In this document: piece by piece, positions 9,815 through 18,091 of the stretch | Position numbering within the stretch: position 1 is the stretch's first letter | Layout of the letters: each line of letters begins with the position of its first letter | Origin: an uncultured Acidobacteriota bacterium | Lineage (GTDB): Bacteria > Acidobacteriota > Thermoanaerobaculia > Gp7-AA8 | Direction: 5' to 3' | DNA: 64,000 nucleotides | Assembly: GCA_963741955.1 (NCBI GenBank) | Contig: CAVUKB010000006.1 | Location: 32,001-96,000, forward strand | Made by a program: the position numbers and the translations under genes | Notes under the pieces: model-generated | What the model saw: the letters and a program-made list of their open reading frames with translations, nothing else | Databases searched by the model: none | Told to the model about the DNA's origin: nothing

Positions 9815-11223
9815 AAATACTGATCATCGACGACGAACAGGTTCTCCGGGACGTTCTGGACACCCTCCTGACTCGTGAGGGTTACGACACAGCTCTGGCA
9901 GCCAGCGGAGAGGAAGGGATCGGCATCGTCGACAACGACGAGATCGATCTGGTGATCCTCGACATGATGCTGCCGGGGATGAGCGGGATCGACACGCTCC
10001 GGATGATCAAGGAGACCAACGCTTCGATCCCGGTAATCATCATCACCGCCTATTCGAGCATCGATGGCGCGATCGAGGCGATGAAGGAAGGCGCCTTCCA
10101 CTACATCCCGAAACCGTTCAAGAACGACGAAGTGGTGCTCACGGTGCGCAAGGCTCTCGACCAGCGCCGGCTTTCCAGCGAGAACGAGCGGCTCAAAGCG
10201 GAGCTTTCGGAGAAGTATTCGTTCTCCAACATCCTCGGCAAGAGCGACGCGATGAAGAAGATCTTCGATCTGATCCGCCTCGCCGCTCCGTCGCGCTCGA
10301 ACATTCTGATCACCGGCGAATCGGGAACTGGAAAGGAGCTGGCCGCCCGCGCGATCCACCACGCCAGCCCCCGCGCGAAGAATGCTTTCGTCACCGTCAA
10401 CTCGGGATCACTCCCGCCGGAACTGCTCGAGTCGAATCTCTTCGGCCACGTAAAGGGAGCCTTCACCGGCGCCATCGCGAACAAGCGAGGTCTGTTCGAG
10501 ATCGCCGACGGCGGCTCGATCTTTCTCGACGAGATCGGCAATGTCGGTCTCGACACTCAGGCCAAGCTGCTCCGCGTGATCCAGGAGAAGGAGTTCATGC
10601 GACTCGGTGGCGTGGAGACGATCCGCGTGGACGTACGGATCATCGCCGCGAGCAATGCCGACCTTCAGGAGCTGATCCGCGACTCCGAGTTCCGCGAAGA
10701 TCTCTACTACCGACTCAACGTCATCACCATCACGCTTCCGCCTCTCCGGCGCCGCCGCGAGGACATTCCGCTGCTCGCCACTCACTTCCTCCACAAGTAC
10801 TCGGCCGAGAATCGGAGGACGATCCTGGAGATCACTCCCGAGGTGATGCGGATCCTGATGGATCACACCTGGCCGGGAAACGTGCGCGAGCTGGAAAACA
10901 CCCTCGAACGGGCCGTGGTCCTCTCGACCGGCGATCGAATCACTCCCGATCTGCTTCCCGAATATCTCCGGAACCCGCAGCCGCAGGACCAGCTCACCAC
11001 GGTTCTTCCCTCCTCCGGCCTCTCGCTCAAGGATGCCGTCTCACGATACGAGCGGAACATGATCCTTCAGTCGCTGGAGCTCGCGAACGGAGTGCAGAAG
11101 AAGGCTGCGGAGCTGCTGCAGATGAAACCTTCCACTCTCAACGAGATGATGAAGCGGCTCGGAATTCAGTGGAAGTCGAATGGCAGCCGCGCCTCCGAGG
11201 AAGAGACCTACGCTGCGAAGTGA
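9811..11223 (+). CDS. Sigma54-dependent response regulator (NtrC family)
   Basis: REC domain, GESGTGKE, GAFTGA, FLDEIG, WPGNVRELEN and Fis-type HTH; ATGA overlap with the kinase. Confidence 0.96.
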   Translation: MKILIIDDEQVLRDVLDTLLTREGYDTALAASGEEGIGIVDNDEIDLVILDMMLPGMSGIDTLRMIKETNASIPVIIITAYSSIDGAIEAMKEGAFHYIPKPFKNDEVVLTVRKALDQRRLSSENERLKAELSEKYSFSNILGKSDAMKKIFDLIRLAAPSRSNILITGESGTGKELAARAIHHASPRAKNAFVTVNSGSLPPELLESNLFGHVKGAFTGAIANKRGLFEIADGGSIFLDEIGNVGLDTQAKLLRVIQEKEFMRLGGVETIRVDVRIIAASNADLQELIRDSEFREDLYYRLNVITITLPPLRRRREDIPLLATHFLHKYSAENRRTILEITPEVMRILMDHTWPGNVRELENTLERAVVLSTGDRITPDLLPEYLRNPQPQDQLTTVLPSSGLSLKDAVSRYERNMILQSLELANGVQKKAAELLQMKPSTLNEMMKRLGIQWKSNGSRASEEETYAAK

Positions 11224-11260
11224 GGGCGGGATCTCGATTCCGTACGAAAGACCCGGAGGC

Positions 11261-11494
11261 TCAGGGACGGGTGAGCTTCATCAGTGCCCAGAGGCTGACG
11301 AACGACCAGACCCCCTCGAGAACGATGAAGCCGTACTGGCGTTCTGCGACCGCAGTGATGCAGAGAGCGATTCCACCGAGAAGGTTGAACAGCTGGTAAG
11401 TCACCGTTTCGCGCTCGATGCGCCCTGTCTGATTGGCCACGAAAGCGAATAGAATCAGAAAAGCACCGAGCAGCGAGATCACCTGAAATATCAT
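11261..11494 (-). CDS. Small membrane protein (CBU_0592-like)
   Basis: 77-aa hydrophobic ORF with YQLFNLLGG and GFIVLEGVW motifs; GGAGG RBS. Confidence 0.75.
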   Translation of the reverse strand: MIFQVISLLGAFLILFAFVANQTGRIERETVTYQLFNLLGGIALCITAVAERQYGFIVLEGVWSFVSLWALMKLTRP

Positions 11495-11618
11495 CGAATC
11501 CTCCCGCCGGGCTTCGAGCCGGCAGGACTCGAGCCGCAGTCTTCTATCACAGCGCGGCGCGGGGCGGAATACGTGACCAGCCGCCGCCGCGACGTATCGA
11601 CGAGGGGCATTGACTCTG

Positions 11619-14171
11619 ATGAAACGCATCATCGTGCTGATCCTTCTGTTCGCAGCAACCACCTCTCTGGCCGTCGCCGCCTCACCGACGCCGAAGCAGT
11701 TCCTCGGCTACCAGATCGGTGACCACTTCACTCCGTGGTCGCGCATCGCCGATTACTTCGACACGCTCGCGCAAACCTCCGATCGCGTGACCGTGCAACG
11801 GTTCGGAGAAACGTGGGAGCGACGCCCGCTGATGTATGCGGTGATCACCTCGTCCCGAAATCAGGCGCGGATCGAGGAGATCCGGAAGAACCTCGCGGCG
11901 ATCGCCGATCCGCGGGCCACCACGCCCGCCGAGGCCCAACGGATCGCGAGCAGCACCCCGGTCGTGGTGTGGCTCGCATTCGGTGTCCACGGTGACGAAT
12001 CGTCATCCAGCGAAGCGGCGATGGAAGTCGCGAACTGGCTGGTCCAGGGCGGAAAGGAAGCCGACGATCTGCTCGAGAACACCGTGGTGATCATCGATCC
12101 GCTCGAGAATCCGGATGGCCGCGAAAGGTATGTACAGTGGTTCCGCCAGACGGTAGGACAGAAGGCCGATCCGAACCCCTCGTCGTTTCAGCACCTTCAG
12201 CCGTGGCCGGGCGGAAGGTACAACCACTACCTCGTCGACATGAACCGTGACTGGGCGTGGTCGACGCAGCGCGAGACCCGCGCGCGGATCTCCGCGTTCC
12301 GGCAGTGGCACCCGCAGGTCTTCGTCGACTTTCACGAAATGGGAGTCGACTCCAGCTATTTCTTTCCTCCCGATGCGAGTCCGATCAATTCGAATATCCG
12401 CCAGGATACGGAGAAGTGGCTCCAGGTGTTCGGCCGCGCGAACGCGGACGTCTTCTCCAGCCGCGGCTGGCCGTTTTTCGTGAACGAAGTGTTCGATCTC
12501 TTCTATCCCGGTTACGGCGACTCGTGGCCTTCGCTGAACGGGGCGATCGGGATGACTTACGAGATGGCGGGAGGAGGACGCGCGGGGAGAAAGGTCCGCC
12601 GCGACGACGGAACGATTCTCACTCTCGCGGAGCGGGCAGAAAAGCACGCGACCGCGGCGATGAACACCATCCGCACTGCGGCTACCCATCGCCACGACCT
12701 GATTCTCCATACCTTCGACACGTTCGAGTCCAATCTCGAGGCACCTGCTTCGACGTACTTCATCGCTCCGGGCTCGCCGAATTTCGACGATGCCGTCGAC
12801 CTTCTCCGCCGGCAGGGAATCGAGATCCGCATGTTGACGCAGCCGCTCACCGTGAATGCCACGGCGATCCGCACCGGCGAGAGCGGAACCCGGCAGATTC
12901 CGGCCGGCTCGGCGGTGATCTCCACCCGGCAGCCGCTCGGCGCACTGGCCCGTTCACTCCTCGAGCGCTCTCCTGTCTTTTCCGATCACTTCATCGAACG
13001 GCAACGCGAGCGCATCGCGCGCGATCAGCCGGACGAGTTCTACGACATCACCGCGTGGAGCATTCCCGTCTCACATGCGCTCGACGCATGGGTGAGCCAG
13101 AAGCCATTGAACGCTCCCACCACTCCATGGGCAGATCAGGAGAAGCCGCAATTTCAGAAGGCGAAGTTCGCGTGGCTGATCGACGGCGCCGATCCCGCGG
13201 TCTACCGCACCGCGGGACAGCTTCTCGAGCGCGGGATCCGTTTCAGCGTCAGCTCCACCGATCTCGAGCTCGGCTCGGAGAAGCTCGCGCGCGGTACGCT
13301 CGCCATCCTCCGGAGCAACAACGGCGATGATCTCGACAAGTCGTTGAAGGAGATCGTCGATGCGACCGCTGCCCACACCATTCCCCTCGACAATGCCTGG
13401 ACCGATGGCGTGGTCCTCGGATCGGAGAAGTTCCAGTACGTCCGCGATCCCGGAATCGCGCTGGTCGGAGGTGAAGGGACGGACTCCTCCGCGTTCGGTG
13501 CGCTCTGGTACACCATCGACGTCGAAGTTCCCGTCCCTCATTCCGTGATTCCTCTCGACCGCCTCGGATCGACGGATCTGTCGAAGATCCACGTTCTCCT
13601 CCTGCCGGACGGCCGCGGCTACTCGCGCCTTCTGGACAAGGGGGCGATCGAACGGCTCCAGCAGTGGGTCCGTGACGGCGGAACGATCGTGGCCACCGCG
13701 AACGCCGGAAAATTTCTGCGAAGCAAGGAAGCGGGGCTCTCGAGCATCGAGGAATGGGCGCCGCCGAAGAAGGACGAGAAAGAAGCGAAGAGCGAAGGTA
13801 GACCTCTCGGCGAGCGGTACAACGATTATCAGGTTCCGGGCGCCGCGTTCCGAACCGAGATGAATCCGTCGAGCTATCTCACGTTCGGGCTCACCAGCGC
13901 GCCCGACGTCTTCGTCTCGGGGAAGACGGCGCTCCTCCCGCTCCCCCATCCCGTGGACAATGTGCTGCGGATCCGGAGCGACGATCCACTCGCGGCCGGA
14001 TTCGCGTGGCCGGAATCGATCGACCGGCTGAAAGGGTCGGTCTGGCTCGGGATCGAGCACACCGGAAAAGGGAAGGTGATCACGTTCGCCGACGAACCGA
14101 ACTTCCGTCTTTTCTGGAGAGCGACGCTCGCGCCATTGATGAATGCTCTGCTCTATTCACATTCGTTCTGA
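11619..14171 (+). CDS. Secreted M14-family zinc carboxypeptidase
   Basis: Signal peptide; HGDE, NPDG, DMNRDW and DFHEM motifs; C-terminal glutamine-amidotransferase-like domain. Confidence 0.92.
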   Translation: MKRIIVLILLFAATTSLAVAASPTPKQFLGYQIGDHFTPWSRIADYFDTLAQTSDRVTVQRFGETWERRPLMYAVITSSRNQARIEEIRKNLAAIADPRATTPAEAQRIASSTPVVVWLAFGVHGDESSSSEAAMEVANWLVQGGKEADDLLENTVVIIDPLENPDGRERYVQWFRQTVGQKADPNPSSFQHLQPWPGGRYNHYLVDMNRDWAWSTQRETRARISAFRQWHPQVFVDFHEMGVDSSYFFPPDASPINSNIRQDTEKWLQVFGRANADVFSSRGWPFFVNEVFDLFYPGYGDSWPSLNGAIGMTYEMAGGGRAGRKVRRDDGTILTLAERAEKHATAAMNTIRTAATHRHDLILHTFDTFESNLEAPASTYFIAPGSPNFDDAVDLLRRQGIEIRMLTQPLTVNATAIRTGESGTRQIPAGSAVISTRQPLGALARSLLERSPVFSDHFIERQRERIARDQPDEFYDITAWSIPVSHALDAWVSQKPLNAPTTPWADQEKPQFQKAKFAWLIDGADPAVYRTAGQLLERGIRFSVSSTDLELGSEKLARGTLAILRSNNGDDLDKSLKEIVDATAAHTIPLDNAWTDGVVLGSEKFQYVRDPGIALVGGEGTDSSAFGALWYTIDVEVPVPHSVIPLDRLGSTDLSKIHVLLLPDGRGYSRLLDKGAIERLQQWVRDGGTIVATANAGKFLRSKEAGLSSIEEWAPPKKDEKEAKSEGRPLGERYNDYQVPGAAFRTEMNPSSYLTFGLTSAPDVFVSGKTALLPLPHPVDNVLRIRSDDPLAAGFAWPESIDRLKGSVWLGIEHTGKGKVITFADEPNFRLFWRATLAPLMNALLYSHSF

Positions 14172-14390
14172 AGAATGTCGGATGATCGTGGAAATGAAGT
14201 GATTTCGAAAGATTCCTGAGCTTGCCTTCCGCCCGATGCGGAATGATATTGATTCGGTCGGGCGGAGCGCGAGGCGAAGGTTCCCTCCAGAGCGAGGCAG
14301 AACCAGACCCTCTCACTTTGCGAATCAAAGATGGGAATCACTGATTCCCGGCGCTTCGAAGCGTTCTACAGTCAGCCACTCCGTCCGGAA

Positions 14391-14424
14391 CAGACGCCGC
14401 GATCCGTCGCGGCGTCTGCTTTTC
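14391..14424 (+). terminator. Intrinsic terminator
   Basis: 12-bp stem CAGACGCCGCGA/TCGCGGCGTCTG with a 4-nt loop, followed by CTTTTC. Confidence 0.6.
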
Positions 14425-14464
14425 ACCTCCCCGTGATACGCTTCGCCTTGACGCAGGAGCGCCG

Positions 14465-15286
14465 ATGGGAAGAAGGCAGCCGGCCGTAGCGGGATGGTTC
14501 TACGAACGTGATTCCGAGCGACTTCGTGCACAGGTGGACGCGTGTTTCGCCGCGAATCCGCCGGTCACGCAGAAGCGACGCGTGGTCGGCGCCGTCGTCC
14601 CGCACGCAGGGCTGATGTACAGCGGCCAGATCGCCGCGGCGCTCTACGCGATCGCCGATCTCCCGAGGAGACTGGTGATTCTCTGCCCCAACCACACCGG
14701 ATTCGGATCGGGCGCCGCGATCAATCTCGAAGGAAGCTGGGTCACCCCGCTCGGTGAAGTGCCGATCGACACCGAGCTCGCAAAGGAGATCGCAGAGGCG
14801 TGCGGAACGGTCGAGGACGACTCCGCGGCACACGCACGCGAACACTCGCTGGAAGTCCAGCTGCCGCTCCTTCAGTCGATCCTTCCCGAGTTCTCAATCG
14901 TCCCTCTCTGCCTCGGCATTCACCGGTACCAGTTCTGCGAGGAGATCGGAGAGGCGCTCGCCATGGTGGTCGAACGACATCGGGAGAATGATCCGGTGGC
15001 CATCATCGCGAGCAGCGATCTGAACCACCACGAAGAACAGTCGGTGACGCTGCGGAAGGACCAGCTCGCGATCGACCGGCTTCTGGCACGCGATCCGCGG
15101 GGGCTGTGGGAGACGGTACAGCGCGAACGGATCTCGATGTGCGGCATCGTTCCGGGGACCGCCATGCTGGTCGCGGCGAATCAGCTCGGCGCCTCCGAGT
15201 CGGAGTTGATCCGGCACGCCACCTCCGGTGACGTCAATGGCGATTTCGATTCCGTGGTCGGCTACGCCGCCGTTCTCGTTTCATGA
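14465..15286 (+). CDS. amrB: AmmeMemoRadiSam system protein B (MEMO1 family)
   Basis: RQPAVAGWFY, PHAG..YSG, PNH, EHSLEVQLP, SSDLNH, SMCG, VVGY. Confidence 0.93.
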   Translation: MGRRQPAVAGWFYERDSERLRAQVDACFAANPPVTQKRRVVGAVVPHAGLMYSGQIAAALYAIADLPRRLVILCPNHTGFGSGAAINLEGSWVTPLGEVPIDTELAKEIAEACGTVEDDSAAHAREHSLEVQLPLLQSILPEFSIVPLCLGIHRYQFCEEIGEALAMVVERHRENDPVAIIASSDLNHHEEQSVTLRKDQLAIDRLLARDPRGLWETVQRERISMCGIVPGTAMLVAANQLGASESELIRHATSGDVNGDFDSVVGYAAVLVS

Positions 15287-16758
15287 CACGAAAACTCCGC
15301 ATCGCATTCGTCTCGGCCGAAGTCTCGCCGTTCGCCAAGACCGGCGGATTGGGAGACGTCGCCGGCGCTCTCCCGCGCCAGCTCGGCGTTCACGGCCACG
15401 ACGTGGTGGTCTTCACTCCCTGGTACCGTCAGACCAGGGAGTACTTCGAAGCCGCCGGCGTCCAGCCGGAGACGCTCGCCTCCCTCATGATCATCTGGCC
15501 CGGCTTCTCCGCTCCGGTGACGCTCCTCCGCTCCACGCTTCCGGGGAGCGGAGTTCCGGTGATCTTCGTGGCCAATGACGCGCTGTTCGACCGGGACGGA
15601 ATCTACGCGCTGCGGGACGGAATCTACGACGACCTCCTCGAACGATTCACGTTCTTCTGCCGTGCGGTCATTGCCGCATGCGAGACCCTCGGGTTCAGCC
15701 CCGACATTCTCCACGCGAACGACTGGCACACCGCTCTGCTGCCGATCATGCTCGCGAACGGCCTCCGCCACTCGCCCCACTTCGCGCACTGCGCCTCCGT
15801 CTTCACCATTCACAATCTCAACTACCAGGGTCGCTACGGCGCGGAACATTTCCCCGGCACCGGGCTCCCGTTCAGTCTCTGGTCTCCTGCCGCAGTGGAG
15901 TATTTCGGTGATCTGAACCTGATGAAGGGAGCAATCATCTTCGCCGACCGGGTCACCGCGGTCTCGCCGAATTACGCAAAGGAGATCCAGACTCCTCCCT
16001 TCGGCGCCGGGCTCGACGGAATCCTTCGGGAGCACGCTTCGAAGCTTGTCGGAATCCTCAACGGAATCGATGTCGAGGAGTGGAACCCGGAAACCGACCG
16101 GTACATCCCGGCGCGCTTTTCGACCGAGTCACTGGCCGGCAAGGCGGATTGCCGGCGCGAGTTGAGAAAAGAAGCCGGCCTTCAGCCCCGGCCGCGGACG
16201 CCGGTGATCGGAATCATCTCCCGCCTCGTCGAACAGAAGGGATTCGATCTCCTCCTTCCGGAGATTCCGCGCCTTCTCTCGCTCGGAGCACAGTTCGTGG
16301 TGCTCGGGTCGGGAGCGTCATTCATCGAAGAAGCATTCCGCAGTTTCGAACGCGACTTTTCCGCCCAGTTCCGCACCTGGATCACATTCGATCTGGGACT
16401 GTCACATCGGATCATCGCCGGCTCGGATCTTCTTCTGATGCCTTCGCACTACGAGCCGTGCGGGCTGAATCAGATGTACGCGCTCCGCTACGGTACGCTG
16501 CCGATCGTCCGTCTCACGGGCGGCCTCGCGGATACCGTACTCCCCTTCGATGGGAGCAACCGCCGGATCGCGAACGGTTTCGGATTCGGTCGCCCCGATG
16601 CGGAGATGCTGTTCCTCATCTCCTGGATCGCGATGCTGAGCTGGAAGGACGAGGCGCTCCGTCGCACTCTTCAGAGGAATGGGATGTCGGCCGACTTTTC
16701 GTGGGACCACTCGGCACGCGAATACGAGCGCGTTTACCGCTCGACCATCGGCGCCTGA
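15283..16758 (+). CDS. glgA: Glycogen synthase
   Basis: KTGGLGDV, HANDWHT, FTIHNLNYQG, EPCGLNQMY, TGGLADTV. Confidence 0.96.
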   Translation: MTRKLRIAFVSAEVSPFAKTGGLGDVAGALPRQLGVHGHDVVVFTPWYRQTREYFEAAGVQPETLASLMIIWPGFSAPVTLLRSTLPGSGVPVIFVANDALFDRDGIYALRDGIYDDLLERFTFFCRAVIAACETLGFSPDILHANDWHTALLPIMLANGLRHSPHFAHCASVFTIHNLNYQGRYGAEHFPGTGLPFSLWSPAAVEYFGDLNLMKGAIIFADRVTAVSPNYAKEIQTPPFGAGLDGILREHASKLVGILNGIDVEEWNPETDRYIPARFSTESLAGKADCRRELRKEAGLQPRPRTPVIGIISRLVEQKGFDLLLPEIPRLLSLGAQFVVLGSGASFIEEAFRSFERDFSAQFRTWITFDLGLSHRIIAGSDLLLMPSHYEPCGLNQMYALRYGTLPIVRLTGGLADTVLPFDGSNRRIANGFGFGRPDAEMLFLISWIAMLSWKDEALRRTLQRNGMSADFSWDHSAREYERVYRSTIGA

Positions 16759-16828
16759 ATCCCGCACAATATTCCCGCACGGGTGCGCTGCGCGGACAGC
16801 GACCCCGGTAACCTCCTTCCTCGGGCTG

Positions 16829-16844
16829 TGGCATCGGCAATGCA
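16829..16844 (+). promoter_or_regulatory. Sigma54 (-24/-12) promoter
   Basis: TGGCAT-CGGCA-ATGCA (GG-N10-GC) 40 nt upstream of the small ORF at 16884. Confidence 0.55.
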
Positions 16845-16883
16845 GTGTTGAAAGTCGACGGCAAGAGCCGGGAAGGAGACGAG

Positions 16884-17012
16884 ATGGAACTCTTCACTCT
16901 GATCAGCATATTCGCCATTTCCGCCGTCGTCGGCGTTCTGATGGCGAGAGACAGCACGAACCAGGAGCTCCTCACCGTACGCGTGAGATCGGAGAAGAAC
17001 AAAGGACGCTGA
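16884..17012 (+). CDS. 42-aa single-pass membrane peptide (not in the ORF track)
   Basis: MELFTLISIFAISAVVGVLMARDSTNQELLTVRVRSEKNKGR; AAGGAG RBS; fills the intergenic gap. Confidence 0.6.
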   Translation: MELFTLISIFAISAVVGVLMARDSTNQELLTVRVRSEKNKGR

Positions 17013-17021
17013 ACGGCGTCC

Positions 17022-17618
17022 TTACTTCGTTTCGAATACGATGAAGTATCTCTCGGGAAGAATGTTGTGCCGTCCCACCGGACGGAATCCGAACCGCCCG
17101 ACCTGCTTCATCATCTGATGGCTGGCGATCCGCTCCGCCAGAGGCGGTCCCGTTTTCATCGGCCGTCGATACCAGTCGATCACCGCAATCTCACCGTCCG
17201 GCGCCAGCGCACTCTTCACCGCATCGAAGAAGGCATCCTTCTCGTCCAGATGCCGGTACGCATCGTAGAGGACGATCGAGCGTACCCCGCGCGGCAGCTC
17301 CGGATGCGCCGCTGATCCCAGAACCGGCGTCACATTGAGAAGGCCGGCCAGCTCGATCTCGCGTCCCAGAGCCTCGACCGTCTCCTTGTCCGTTTCGATG
17401 ACGGTCACTCTTCCTTCGCGTCCGACCCGGCGGCTCATCGCCCGGAGAAATTCGGTGGGCGCCGGACCGACCACCGCGACCGTATCCCCTCGACAGACGT
17501 TCAGCAGAGACGCAATCTCCCACGCCTTGTCGCGATCGACGGCAGACACTCCGCTCGCGAGGAGCGATGCGGTCGCAACCATGAGGATGCCGAGGCGAAT
17601 CAGTTTCGAATGGAGCAT
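17022..17618 (-). CDS. Class I SAM-dependent methyltransferase-like protein with signal peptide
   Basis: SRRVGREGRV, YRHL, ALAPDGEIAVIDW and GPPLAERI resemble exported methyltransferases; motif I is degenerate (VVGPAPT). Confidence 0.7.
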   Translation of the reverse strand: MLHSKLIRLGILMVATASLLASGVSAVDRDKAWEIASLLNVCRGDTVAVVGPAPTEFLRAMSRRVGREGRVTVIETDKETVEALGREIELAGLLNVTPVLGSAAHPELPRGVRSIVLYDAYRHLDEKDAFFDAVKSALAPDGEIAVIDWYRRPMKTGPPLAERIASHQMMKQVGRFGFRPVGRHNILPERYFIVFETK

Positions 17619-17668
17619 CGCCGGATCATAGTCGGCTCGTCCCCGCGAGGGAAGAGCGGCGCGCCGGC

Positions 17669-18052
17669 CTACTCCAGGAGATCGAGAATCGCTCGAAGTT
17701 CCTTTCGAACCTTTTCGAGCGCGTTGCGGGTTCTCTGATCGCCGGCCGCCGTGATCTGTGGCTCCTTCGCCCCCGCCGCTTCCGGGACGAGCTCGAGGTC
17801 TTCGTTCAACTCGTTCTCGAGTTTCTTCTTCGCTCCGGCGATGGTGAATCCTTCTCCGTACAGCAGTGCCTTGATGCGGAGAATGATGTCGATCTCGCGC
17901 TGCGAGTAGAGCCGCTGTCCGCCGCCCGATTTTCCTGGGGCCAGCGGCGGAAACTCGGTTTCCCAGTACCGGAGCACGTAAGGCTGAACGTCCGCGAGCC
18001 GGCAGACCTCACCGATCTTGAAAGTTCCCTTTTCCGGTTTCGCTTTCGCCAT
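17669..18052 (-). CDS. MerR-family transcriptional regulator
   Basis: FKIGEV...YVLRYWETEF...GQRLY...LLYGEGFTIAGA. Confidence 0.93.
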   Translation of the reverse strand: MAKAKPEKGTFKIGEVCRLADVQPYVLRYWETEFPPLAPGKSGGGQRLYSQREIDIILRIKALLYGEGFTIAGAKKKLENELNEDLELVPEAAGAKEPQITAAGDQRTRNALEKVRKELRAILDLLE

Positions 18053-18091
18053 CCCTGACGATTATATGGGGATTTCGAGTTTCGGCCCGGT

